NCBI GenBank assembly: GCA_030650025.1 | Contig: JAUSEN010000009.1 | Span: 29,144-93,143, forward strand | Length of the DNA: 64,000 nt | Origin: Candidatus Magasanikiibacteriota bacterium | GTDB lineage: Bacteria > Patescibacteriota > Patescibacteriia > Magasanikbacterales > GWA2-37-8 | Direction of reading: 5' to 3' | Shown: positions 1-8,212 of the stretch, piece after piece | Layout of the letters: every line of letters begins with the position of its first letter | Numbering within the stretch: position 1 is the first letter of the stretch | Notes under the pieces: generated by a model | The model's database searches: none | Seen by the model: the letters and a program-made list of their open reading frames with translations, nothing else | What the model was told of the DNA's origin: nothing | Translations under genes and position numbers: made by a program

Positions 1-320
1 AGTCTGAACAGCGTTTGCCCGGCGTAATAGCGGCCGCGCTCGATACTTTTGGCGAGATGGTAATGTATCAAGACCGCCCGGCGCTCGCTTTATATTTTGG
101 CCAGAGCCGCGGCCAAACCAAAACCTGGCCGAGTACCCAGCGCCCGCGCCCTTGGCTTAAAAGCGTTAAGACCAAATATGACTCGCCGCGCCGCGCTTCG
201 GGGCACGGCTATGGCATGAGCATGCACGATGCCAGAGAACGCGCCAGGCGCGACCTTTGGAGCTATACTGACATTCTCACTTATTACTACGCGAGTACTA
301 CGATAGAGAGGATGTATTAA
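1..320 (+). CDS. SpoIID/LytB-domain protein, C-terminal fragment; ORF is open to the window start.
   Basis: Tail motif GHGYGMSMHDA plus WSYTDILTYYY matches the SpoIID/LytB C-terminus (GHGVGMSQ, YY). There is no stop upstream in frame, and the first in-frame start in the window is TTG at 15. Confidence 0.5.
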   Translation, partial: SEQRLPGVIAAALDTFGEMVMYQDRPALALYFGQSRGQTKTWPSTQRPRPWLKSVKTKYDSPRRASGHGYGMSMHDARERARRDLWSYTDILTYYYASTTIERMY

Positions 321-370
321 TCCAGGAAGGCAGAGAGGTCTCGCAAACTAAATAAAATTATTTTTTCAAT

Positions 371-670
371 GTGAAATCTATGAATTTATTTTCCAAAAAG
401 ATCATTTTGCCGGTTGCATACAGCCTTACATTTTTTGCGGCTTTTAGCCTAAATTCGCAGTGTGCTGAAATGGGTTGTTTCATTACTTACTGGTTCATGT
501 CGTTTGTTTCCTTGCCATGGTCATTTATCACCAATTGGCTGGGTGCTTTTCACATTATTCCCTATGGGGGATTTTATGATATGGCCGACTACTACTTGGG
601 GATGTATTTACTAAACTTGATTATTTTTTTCTCTGTAGGTGTCTGGTTAGACAAAGTAGAAAAAGCGTAA
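371..670 (+). CDS. hypothetical small membrane protein
   Basis: 99-aa ORF with 3 predicted hydrophobic helices, followed by hairpin 676-720 (accgtgaaa...tttcacggt). Confidence 0.4.
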   Translation: MKSMNLFSKKIILPVAYSLTFFAAFSLNSQCAEMGCFITYWFMSFVSLPWSFITNWLGAFHIIPYGGFYDMADYYLGMYLLNLIIFFSVGVWLDKVEKA

Positions 671-775
671 TGACCGTGAAATTTACTGATTTTTTACAGA
701 TTTTCACGGTTATATTGACAAAAGAGTGAAAATAAATAGGCGTTGCGCCTAAAGAATAGCCGGAATGAAATCGTC

Positions 776-1366
776 TCAAACTTTATCGTGATGTCTTTTA
801 TCCTCGGCCGCGAGATCCATAATTGCTTGGCGGAGCATATGCGGGTCAGTTACATCTTCGCCGATCACTCGCGGCACCACATTGCCCGAAGTTTCAATGG
901 TAATATTGCCGTATTTAAAAAGGCTCGGGATAAAGCCCTTAATTTCCGAAGTCGCGTCTTGAATCTGGTATAAATCCACTTCAAAAATTGAACGGCTAAA
1001 CATACCGTGCTGGTTAATTCTAATTAAGCGGTCGTTGGTAATTACCAGAAGATCCAAATAAAAATCCACGAACCACGTGTAGAAAAATAAAATACAGAAT
1101 AAATAATATAAGCTAGCGCCCAGCACTGCCAGCGAATATACTACCGGCTCCAAAAGCAGGTTAGGAAATAAGCGGTCGAGTAGCCATTTTAAAGCTAGGG
1201 GCAAAATTAACAAGATTATTAAACCAATTACCGTGGGCACCAAAGTTATTAAGCTCCGGCGCACCATATAGACAATATGCTCGTAGGCTTTTTGGCGGAT
1301 AAGGGCGGTAAAGAGCATATTATTTGAAAGGAGAAAAAATTTGATCCGTGGTAAAAACTGTTCCAA
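776..1366 (-). CDS. membrane protein with bacterial PH-like domain (YdbT-like)
   Basis: Two N-terminal TM helices followed by a soluble domain. Overlaps the upstream YdbS-like ORF, as in ydbS-ydbT pairs. Confidence 0.4.
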   Translation of the reverse strand: MEQFLPRIKFFLLSNNMLFTALIRQKAYEHIVYMVRRSLITLVPTVIGLIILLILPLALKWLLDRLFPNLLLEPVVYSLAVLGASLYYLFCILFFYTWFVDFYLDLLVITNDRLIRINQHGMFSRSIFEVDLYQIQDATSEIKGFIPSLFKYGNITIETSGNVVPRVIGEDVTDPHMLRQAIMDLAAEDKRHHDKV

Positions 1367-1628
1367 ACCATCTATTATTCCAAATCGTTATTGGTGTCTG
1401 CCAGTCTGTGTTTAAGAGTAAATACCAAGTCAGCCAGCCAATAATAGCCACGAATGCGAAGCATAATAGCGTTACCACGAAACTTGGTAAGGTAAAAGTG
1501 CCCGTATGTATAAGATGGCCAATACTAACAAATATTAGCGTGGCAAAAAGCACCACCCCGGCTAAGTAAATAAAGAAAAATGAATATAACGCCAGCGTAA
1601 TCATGTCTATAGTATACCACTTTACCAC
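1320..1628 (-). CDS. small membrane protein (YdbS-like)
   Basis: 102 aa with 3 hydrophobic segments; overlaps the downstream gene by 47 nt. Confidence 0.35.
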   Translation of the reverse strand: MVKWYTIDMITLALYSFFFIYLAGVVLFATLIFVSIGHLIHTGTFTLPSFVVTLLCFAFVAIIGWLTWYLLLNTDWQTPITIWNNRWFGTVFTTDQIFSPFK

Positions 1629-1693
1629 CTCGCCCTCAACTTTTTTGGTTAAGAACTTGATAAATAATTAGTATGTATGTAGGTAATGTATCT

Positions 1694-1762
1694 GTCATTC
1701 CCGCGAAAGCGGGAATCTAGAAATTATCAATAAAACTGGATTCCCGCTTTCGCGGGAATGAC
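1694..1762. repeat. Double palindrome made of two inverted copies of ATTCCC-GCGAAAGC-GGGAAT (a dRS3-like ATTCCC-N8-GGGAAT unit).
   Basis: gtcattcccgcgaaagcgggaatc ... gattcccgctttcgcgggaatgac. Each arm is itself a hairpin with a GAAA loop. The element is intergenic, between two minus-strand genes. Confidence 0.6.
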
Positions 1763-1787
1763 ATGGCAGTGTTTACTCACTAAACTA

Positions 1788-2417
1788 TCAGTAAATTTTT
1801 TTGTGAATAAAAACCGTGGCCTCGCCCCACTTGAGATTGATTTTAAAACGGCCAATAATGTCGTAATACCCCGAATGTAGAGATTGCGACACGGTGATTA
1901 CCAAACTCCCTGGCCGGAGCATGGTTAAACGGCGCTTCAGCATTTCCATCATGCGTTCGTCAAAACAAGTGGTAGATACCAGCACTACATCGGCCTCCGA
2001 AAAATCCGCCCAAAAAATATTATCTCGAATAAACAATACTTCCGCTGTTGTTTTATTAACAGCGGTTTGATCACGAGGCTCTTGAGCCATCTGCAAAACT
2101 AATTTTTTCCTGGCCACCTCCGCGGCTTGGTAGAGAGCGGGGAGCAGTTCTATTCCCACTGTTTTTTTAAAATTAGCTAGCAAGGCCGCTAAAATTACGG
2201 CCTTGCCCGTGCCCGCGCCGAGATCATAAAAATTTTTGCCAGCAGTTTCGCCGAGCGCGCTGACAATTGCCTGCATGGCCTCAAAATTTATTTCGCCATA
2301 AGTGAGGGACGAATTTCGCAGGTTTAACTTTTGGCGCTCGGTAGTAGAAATTTCTGTGCCGTTAACAGCGGCATAGATATTATTAAAAATTTTTTCTGCG
2401 ACCAACTCGTTTTTCAT
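1788..2417 (-). CDS. class I SAM-dependent methyltransferase
   Basis: Gly-rich motif I DLGAGTGK and an acidic motif II downstream. Length is 209 aa. Confidence 0.6.
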   Translation of the reverse strand: MKNELVAEKIFNNIYAAVNGTEISTTERQKLNLRNSSLTYGEINFEAMQAIVSALGETAGKNFYDLGAGTGKAVILAALLANFKKTVGIELLPALYQAAEVARKKLVLQMAQEPRDQTAVNKTTAEVLFIRDNIFWADFSEADVVLVSTTCFDERMMEMLKRRLTMLRPGSLVITVSQSLHSGYYDIIGRFKINLKWGEATVFIHKKIY

Positions 2418-2560
2418 ATCGCCACGTTAGTACAACATAAATTTATGATTTCTATAGTAGCAGGGGAGAGGGGAGGGCGTCAATTTAAAAAACAAAAAAG
2501 CCGTAAGAATAAAAAAACCGTTTTTAACGGCTAAAAATATTTTAAATTTCTAGAGCCCGG

Positions 2561-2591
2561 CCCCGGCGCGCTAATCGCTAGCGCGCCGGGG
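2561..2591. terminator. GC-rich hairpin terminator of the high-GC island A gene
   Basis: ccccggcgcgcta-atcgc-tagcgcgccgggg: a 13-bp perfect stem immediately downstream of the minus-strand gene that ends at 2606. Confidence 0.6.
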
Positions 2592-2605
2592 CTTAGGCAG
2601 TGAGC

Positions 2606-3121
2606 TCACTCGAGGTACTCCCTGATCTCGATCGTGGTGATCGAGGTTCTGGCGCGGAGTTTCTGCATGATGTCGTCTACGATCAGGTGGCCGTCACCCT
2701 CCCAGCTCGCCCGCCGCGCTGGCGTGAGGCTCTGCGTGTAGTCGGCCACCACCACGTCGTGCTCATCGTGGCCGGTGTAGCCGAGCCACGGGTCCGGGTC
2801 GCCCGGCGTGTCGCCGATCTCGCCCACGGCGCCATCGATGTCGAAGTGGACCTCGACTTCAGCCACCTCGGGCGATTCGGCCACGGCGTACCAGACGAAC
2901 AGGATGCCCTCCCCCCGGCGCTCCAGGATGCCGTAGCCGTGGGCGAAGGCGCGCGCGTAGCCCTGGCGCGTCGGGTGTTCGGCAGCGAAGGCCGCCTGGT
3001 GCTCCGCGATGAAGTGCCTCTGGTGGTAGGCGTAGTGGATCACCCCGGTGAGGAGGACGACCCCGGCGAGAGCCAGGACAGCGCCGCCTGCAAGCAGAAC
3101 CAGGAACCAGTTCTTTTTCAT
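2606..3121 (-). CDS. hypothetical membrane-anchored or secreted protein (high-GC island A)
   Basis: N-terminus MKKNWFLVLLAGGAVLALAGVVLL is signal- or anchor-like. SD gaggtaatcgATG is present. The gene is about 68% GC, against the low-GC surroundings. Confidence 0.45.
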   Translation of the reverse strand: MKKNWFLVLLAGGAVLALAGVVLLTGVIHYAYHQRHFIAEHQAAFAAEHPTRQGYARAFAHGYGILERRGEGILFVWYAVAESPEVAEVEVHFDIDGAVGEIGDTPGDPDPWLGYTGHDEHDVVVADYTQSLTPARRASWEGDGHLIVDDIMQKLRARTSITTIEIREYLE

Positions 3122-3321
3122 CGATTACCTCGAGTTGAGGGAGCAGCTTTGGCCGATCTAGGCGGCCACAGCTACTCCGGTTGTTGGTGTTCAGGTCCGC
3201 CAGCCATCAATTTAGGGCCAGCGCTGAAACGCTTCATCTTAACAAGTTTTAGGCGAGCCGTCAAGGTGGCGCGGGCGGGTAAAGCTAATTATACATATTG
3301 ATAACGACCACCTGGGGATTG

Positions 3322-3356
3322 TTGACATAAAGTTAGATGTACGTTATTATGTACAT
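3322..3356 (+). promoter_or_regulatory. Sigma70-like promoter (TTGACA-17-TATTAT) with an overlapping palindromic operator ATGTAC-N8-GTACAT.
   Basis: ttgacataaagttagatgtacgttattatgtacat lies directly upstream of yefM-relE; autoregulation by the antitoxin is expected. Confidence 0.55.
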
Positions 3357-3365
3357 ATAAGACCT

Positions 3366-3725
3366 TTGCTTATGAATACCCAAACTACCATTGCTATTTC
3401 CGAAGCGCGCCGCCGGCTGTTTGACATTGCCGATGAGGTGCAACGTCCCGGCCGCTATTATACGTTTACCGATAAAGGCCGGCCAAAAACAGTTATGATG
3501 TCCGCCACCGAGTTCGAATCCTGGGCGGAAACGCTTGAGGTGATGCAGGATTTCCCGGATCTTAAAAAAGATATTGATCGCGTTAGTAAAGATATTGAAA
3601 GTGGCGCCTATCGCGATTATCCGACACTCGACGAAATATTGGCTAAACCCACTTCCAAAAAAGTTGTTACTAAAAAATATGCTATTCACCGTTCGCCTCG
3701 AGCCGCGCGCCGAAAAAGAACTTAA
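3366..3725 (+). CDS. YefM/Phd-family antitoxin
   Basis: Its N-terminus resembles the YefM fold (ISEARRRLFDIADEV...TFTDKGRPKTVMMSATEFESWAETLEV). It sits immediately upstream of and overlaps a RelE-like ORF. Confidence 0.7.
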   Translation: MLMNTQTTIAISEARRRLFDIADEVQRPGRYYTFTDKGRPKTVMMSATEFESWAETLEVMQDFPDLKKDIDRVSKDIESGAYRDYPTLDEILAKPTSKKVVTKKYAIHRSPRAARRKRT

Positions 3726-3933
3726 ACGGTTGCCATTAGATATTCAAAATCGCATTGGGGAGAACCTTCGTATTATTGCAACAAGCCCGTATTCTGGCAA
3801 AAAATTAAAGGGAGAACTCACTGGTTATTATTCTTATCGAGCGTGGCCATATCGGATAGTCTATCAAATTCTTAATCACGAATTGTTTGTCATCGTTATT
3901 CGCATCGGCCACCGACAGGGTGTTTATAAATAA
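3679..3933 (+). CDS. RelE/ParE-family toxin
   Basis: 85 aa starting MLFTVRLEPRAEKELKRLP...ILNHELFVIVIRIGHRQ, a typical RelE/ParE sequence. Start is refined to the internal ATG at 3679 of ORF 3574..3933. Confidence 0.7.
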   Translation: MLFTVRLEPRAEKELKRLPLDIQNRIGENLRIIATSPYSGKKLKGELTGYYSYRAWPYRIVYQILNHELFVIVIRIGHRQGVYK

Positions 3934-3958
3934 ATTATTTAATTTTAAAATCTAAAAT

Positions 3959-4354
3959 ATGGATGAAACAAAATCAGCTATCGATCATGAACCAGCCGAG
4001 CCGCATTTTACGTTTGGTATAAAAATAATTCAGGAAAGTTTGCCAGTGAAAAGAGGCTATAAAGATGATTTTGTTGTCTATGCAATAGATTTTAATGAAG
4101 GGTCACCGGGTACCGCCGAAGAAAAACGCCTTTTTAAGGAAGTTGTCAGGGAGTTATTTCCTAAGATATTATTACAGAGCGCACATCGGAGAAGCGGGTT
4201 ATATGATTCTCGCGCAGCCGAAGAAGCCGTTGCGGAAGCAGAAGGCAAAAAAATGGTGGCGATATTATCAGATACCGATTTTCAAAGAAAATGTATTAGT
4301 TTTTACAACGAATTATTAGCAATGCGCCGAGAGGTAGCTGGTAAATTACGGTAG
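3959..4354 (+). CDS. hypothetical protein
   Basis: 131-aa ORF followed by a bidirectional terminator. Confidence 0.35.
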   Translation: MDETKSAIDHEPAEPHFTFGIKIIQESLPVKRGYKDDFVVYAIDFNEGSPGTAEEKRLFKEVVRELFPKILLQSAHRRSGLYDSRAAEEAVAEAEGKKMVAILSDTDFQRKCISFYNELLAMRREVAGKLR

Positions 4355-4370
4355 TAATATAATTGTATTA

Positions 4371-4416
4371 AAAAACCGCTCTCATCCGCCGGCTGGCGGA
4401 GAGGGCGGTTTTTTTA
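4371..4416. terminator. rho-independent (bidirectional) terminator
   Basis: aaaaaccgctctcatccgccggctggcggagagggcggttttttt: nested GC stem flanked by A and T runs, between convergent genes. Confidence 0.7.
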
Positions 4417-4436
4417 TTAGTATCTTCGCAAGATAC

Positions 4437-5999
4437 TTACTTTTTTCGTTTCTTTCGTCGATTGTTTTTGGGCCGGTGGGTGGCTTCAGCCTGGCGAACT
4501 GCCATTTTGCGCGCTCCCAGACTCCGCAAAGCCCAAACACCGGCGCCCACTGCCGCTACGATTCCGGCAAAACCAAGTTTGCCGCAGGAATCGCGGCTTT
4601 CTTCGATGTGTAAATTTTGTTTGCCTGCCCCGGCATCGGCCGTCCGCGCTTGTTTGGTAAATGGCAGGCGCGCCTTAGACACCACTATAGATTTAAATTC
4701 TTGGCCGTGGCGAACGCGCTCTAACAATTTACGCCCCAAGTGCTCAACCTTATTGGCATCACCAGAAATTTCAACAATTTGGAACAAGGCTTGGTTGCGC
4801 GGGGTAACCGGAGTGTTGGCGCTAATTTTAATGCCGTAATAATCTGCCTCTTGCACTAATTCTTCGGCGGCCAGCTCGCGTAATTGCGCGCCTGCCATTT
4901 GGTGCCCTAAATCATCAACGTTGGCGGCATCTTCTGGCTTGGGCACATACAGCAAATCGTTGAGCGCTCCCAGTTTATCTTTGGCAAAAAGTAAATTACC
5001 AATCGCCCCGCGCGCTTCGCTCCGCCTGGCCGACAATTGCGCATACTTAGTTACTTCGGCCGAGGTTTTCATAAACGGCGGTTGTTCCCGCTCTCTAAAG
5101 TCAGGCTCAAAAGCGTGCATTAAATGCCCGGTTTCGTGGCTAATGATGTTATCAAGTTGATTAAAATTGCCGCGCAATAAATAACGGCGGTGCCTTCTCT
5201 GCGACGCGCCAATGTCAGCCCATTTGTCTTGGTCCGCCCCCTGCTTATCGGCAATATGGCCCATGATAAAGTCGTCCGTGATCATATTCAGATACTCTCG
5301 GTTAGCAACCGCCATTTGCCGTTCGGCACCGTGCTCGGCGGCCAGAGCCGGCTCATCTATAATAATATTGCCACTGTCGGTAAAGGCGGCAAAGTGCAGT
5401 AGCCGCGTATTTGTATCCGGCTGGTCAATGGCCAGGCTATTCACAAACAACACCGAACGTTCGCGCGGCTGGCCTTCAAACATTACGGTGTCCGAAGTTA
5501 TTTTATTAACATGATAAAAACCCGCTCGGGGTAATTCACTTACGATGGTGTCGCGGTCATCTTTAATTCGATCGGTACGGATAACAGTGGCAACACCAAA
5601 CGCGGCCAGCCGACGGGGAATTTCGGTAAAAAATGTTTGGTAAAATGCCGGTTCGCTGTACGCCGGCAAGTTTGGGAGTATTGTTTGGCAGGCCGCCCAA
5701 ACCCGCTGGTGATCACGGGCGTCTGGGATGCGGCCGGCCGCGACTATCGCCGGGATTGATTTTTGCAAGGCAATAATTTCCTGGACCAAGTTTTTAAGTT
5801 TTGGCGGCAGTTCGCGTTTCGCTTCCTGAAAATTAATTTTTTCATGCCTTTTGTCAAAATCGAGCTGCCGAATCAGGTTTTGTATTTCCAGACTTTGATC
5901 TTTAAATTCCTGGCCACAGGCTTCTTTTTCGCCAGCCCCGGAAATTACAGCGGCCCCAATCAGACCTATAAAATCGCGGCGGGTAATTCCTTCTCCCAT
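4437..5999 (-). CDS. secreted zinc metallopeptidase-like protein with Tat-type signal
   Basis: N-terminus TRRDFIGLIGAAV carries a twin-arginine motif. HETGH fits HExxH. The C-terminus has a hydrophobic anchor and a basic tail. Confidence 0.45.
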   Translation of the reverse strand: MGEGITRRDFIGLIGAAVISGAGEKEACGQEFKDQSLEIQNLIRQLDFDKRHEKINFQEAKRELPPKLKNLVQEIIALQKSIPAIVAAGRIPDARDHQRVWAACQTILPNLPAYSEPAFYQTFFTEIPRRLAAFGVATVIRTDRIKDDRDTIVSELPRAGFYHVNKITSDTVMFEGQPRERSVLFVNSLAIDQPDTNTRLLHFAAFTDSGNIIIDEPALAAEHGAERQMAVANREYLNMITDDFIMGHIADKQGADQDKWADIGASQRRHRRYLLRGNFNQLDNIISHETGHLMHAFEPDFREREQPPFMKTSAEVTKYAQLSARRSEARGAIGNLLFAKDKLGALNDLLYVPKPEDAANVDDLGHQMAGAQLRELAAEELVQEADYYGIKISANTPVTPRNQALFQIVEISGDANKVEHLGRKLLERVRHGQEFKSIVVSKARLPFTKQARTADAGAGKQNLHIEESRDSCGKLGFAGIVAAVGAGVWALRSLGARKMAVRQAEATHRPKNNRRKKRKK

Positions 6000-6038
6000 A
6001 TAATTGAATTGAGTTCTGACGTTTTAAATTTATAAAAT

Positions 6039-6509
6039 TTAGTGTCGGAACAAGCCACCCATCCCATGCTTTAATTTCTCCCACCAGGTGTCTTTCGTAC
6101 GCAGCTCAACTACCCCGAGGATAAACAGAATTGTCGAAGTTAAGGCCGAGCCAACGCAGTATATGCAAACAGCTTTAATAACATAGAGCTGGAGATACAC
6201 AAACCACGCCGAAGCCAAAAAGCCGAGCGGCGTCAGAATGGCCGCGGCGGTGAGCCATTTTTTATTTTGGCTTTCCAAATACGCCACGCTTAAGATCAAG
6301 ACTGCTAAATAATAAATAGCCCCGAGTAACGCCACGGGGATCTTAAATATCAGGGCGTATTTACTGGTGGTAACTAATTCACAGCCTACGATTACGGAAC
6401 ACGGCGGTACCACCCCGCGATAATGCTCAACCGCGAGGTAGCTCGCGTCCAAAAATCCTAAGAAGCTAACCAGCAAAAAAATTATTCCTAACAGTTGACG
6501 ACGAAGCAT
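6039..6509 (-). CDS. vitamin K epoxide reductase (VKOR) family membrane protein
   Basis: 4-5 TM helices with a CIYC (CxxC) motif and loop cysteines. Adjacent to DsbA-like genes. Confidence 0.7.
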   Translation of the reverse strand: MLRRQLLGIIFLLVSFLGFLDASYLAVEHYRGVVPPCSVIVGCELVTTSKYALIFKIPVALLGAIYYLAVLILSVAYLESQNKKWLTAAAILTPLGFLASAWFVYLQLYVIKAVCIYCVGSALTSTILFILGVVELRTKDTWWEKLKHGMGGLFRH

Positions 6510-6512
6510 AAG

Positions 6513-7319
6513 CTATTTGTTAAGGGCTTCTTGGACAGCCGTGCGCAAATCATTAAACGAACGAAGTTCCAGTTTGCGGCCGTTTAAGAAAAATGATGGC
6601 GTAGAGTTAACGCCGCTCGCTTCGCCGCCGCGCAATTGCGCCAGCACCGTGCTTTTTACCTCGGCGCTAGTTAAATCTTTGTTAAACCGGTCCATGTTTA
6701 ACCCCAGCTCTTGAGCAAAGCCAGTAAACATAGCGCGGGCGTTGTTGCTGTTGCTCCACGCTTGTTGGGTAGCGAATAATTTGTCATGCATCTCCCAAAA
6801 TTTGCCCTGGCGCGCGGCCGCTTCGGCTACTTCGGCGCTCAATTGGCCAAATTTGTGCGAGGGGAGAGGAAAGTAACGATAAACGAACCTCACTTCTGTT
6901 TGGAACTCGCTAATCAGATCTTTCACAAACGGTTCGGCATTGGCGCAAGCTGGGCATTGAAAATCGCTATACTCTATAAAAGTAGTGGAGGCGGCTAAGT
7001 TGCCCAGAATATTTTCCGTATTCAGAACCGGCGGCAAAGCCGCCACGCTCTCCCCGCTGTTCAGCGGCGCGCTCGGCGCGTCTGGCAGGCTGGCGCTTAG
7101 TTTAATTAAACCATATAGCACTCCGGCTACAACTACTACGACCGTGCCCCATACCAGCGCGCGCTGTTTAGATTGGGATTTAACAGCCGCGTCTTTCCGT
7201 TCTAGTTTAGCCTGCCTTTTAAGTTCACGCCTTTCTTTTTTAGTCAGATTTTTGTTTTCAATATCCATATCCATAAAAAAGTTCAATATAAAATGCGCGG
7301 AGCGCTTTAGAGAGCTCAT
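6513..7319 (-). CDS. DsbA-like thioredoxin-fold oxidoreductase, membrane anchored
   Basis: CPAC active site (FQCPACANAEP), N-terminal basic region plus TM. Confidence 0.7.
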   Translation of the reverse strand: MSSLKRSAHFILNFFMDMDIENKNLTKKERRELKRQAKLERKDAAVKSQSKQRALVWGTVVVVVAGVLYGLIKLSASLPDAPSAPLNSGESVAALPPVLNTENILGNLAASTTFIEYSDFQCPACANAEPFVKDLISEFQTEVRFVYRYFPLPSHKFGQLSAEVAEAAARQGKFWEMHDKLFATQQAWSNSNNARAMFTGFAQELGLNMDRFNKDLTSAEVKSTVLAQLRGGEASGVNSTPSFFLNGRKLELRSFNDLRTAVQEALNK

Positions 7320-7358
7320 TGCCCCCGCTCTCCGCGCACTTCGCTTAACAGTTTAATA

Positions 7359-8123
7359 TTATAATTTAGCGTCAATAGCCGCTTTGATCTGTTCGTAGGG
7401 CACGGCTCCAGAGATCAATTGCGCGTTGCCGTCCTTATCCACCAAAAACGAACCCGGTGTGCCCTGCACGCCCGCGGAGGCGCCCGCGTTCATCTGGTCT
7501 GTTACGCGGCTGGCATATTTGCCTGAATCCAAACAGGTTTGGAACTTGCTTTGGTTAACACCGACTTCGGCGGCCAAGGCGCCTAATTTGTCGAGCGCGA
7601 ACCCGTAGCCATTTGAAGTGGTGCGTTCAAAGATTTTATCAGCATACGCGTAAAATGCTTTACTTCCACCCTGTTCGCCAATACATTCCGCGGCCTCGGC
7701 TTCTTTTTGAGCGTTAGCATGGAACGAGAGCGGGTAGTGGCGGAAGACGATTTTTACTTTTCCCGCGTAATTATCCCGCACTTGTTTTACTGTGTCATGG
7801 AAACGTTTGCAGAATGGGCATTCAAAGTCCGTATAAGCGATTAACGTGAGTGGGGCATTTTTATCTCCCAAAATATAGTCATCTTTAGAGAGCGGCGGCA
7901 CAGTGCCAGTCGGGGCCGCGTCGGGGGCGGCGGTGGGCGCTCCGGTGGTTGGTACTGCCTGGTAGATGTCAGCGCTTCGGCCTTTAAGCATTATTCCCAG
8001 TAGAATAAAAAATCCAATGGCGCACAAAACTAATAGGCCACCCACGAGCCCGACTACTAATGCCGCTTTGGGCGACAGTTGGTTAAAAAAGCTAGCTTTG
8101 TTTTGGTTCTGATTTTCTTCCAT
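7359..8123 (-). CDS. DsbA-like thioredoxin-fold oxidoreductase, membrane anchored
   Basis: CPFC active site (FECPFCKRFH) and an N-terminal TM. Confidence 0.7.
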   Translation of the reverse strand: MEENQNQNKASFFNQLSPKAALVVGLVGGLLVLCAIGFFILLGIMLKGRSADIYQAVPTTGAPTAAPDAAPTGTVPPLSKDDYILGDKNAPLTLIAYTDFECPFCKRFHDTVKQVRDNYAGKVKIVFRHYPLSFHANAQKEAEAAECIGEQGGSKAFYAYADKIFERTTSNGYGFALDKLGALAAEVGVNQSKFQTCLDSGKYASRVTDQMNAGASAGVQGTPGSFLVDKDGNAQLISGAVPYEQIKAAIDAKL

Positions 8124-8212
8124 ATTTATTATGGTTAGATTAAAAGTTAATTAATTTGTTTAATAATTATAGCGGGTTGTAATTAAGACGTCAATGGGGA
8201 AAACTTGTTATT

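Noticed and set aside
2600-3301. A 233-aa plus-strand ORF, and similar long antisense ORFs in the other high-GC islands (13167..13550, 19199..19933, 19317..19865, 51343..51807, 61663..62199, 61706..62227, 62278..62781, 63615..63887, 63672..63986)
   Set aside because: High GC suppresses stops on both strands. The chosen strand in each island has a Shine-Dalgarno sequence, third-position GC above first-position GC, a plausible N-terminus and a downstream hairpin. The antisense frames lack all of these.
3497-3511. tRNA T-arm-like string gagttcgaatcctgg
   Set aside because: It lies inside the yefM coding frame (encoding ATEFESW) with no acceptor or anticodon stems around it. No tRNA genes were found in the window.
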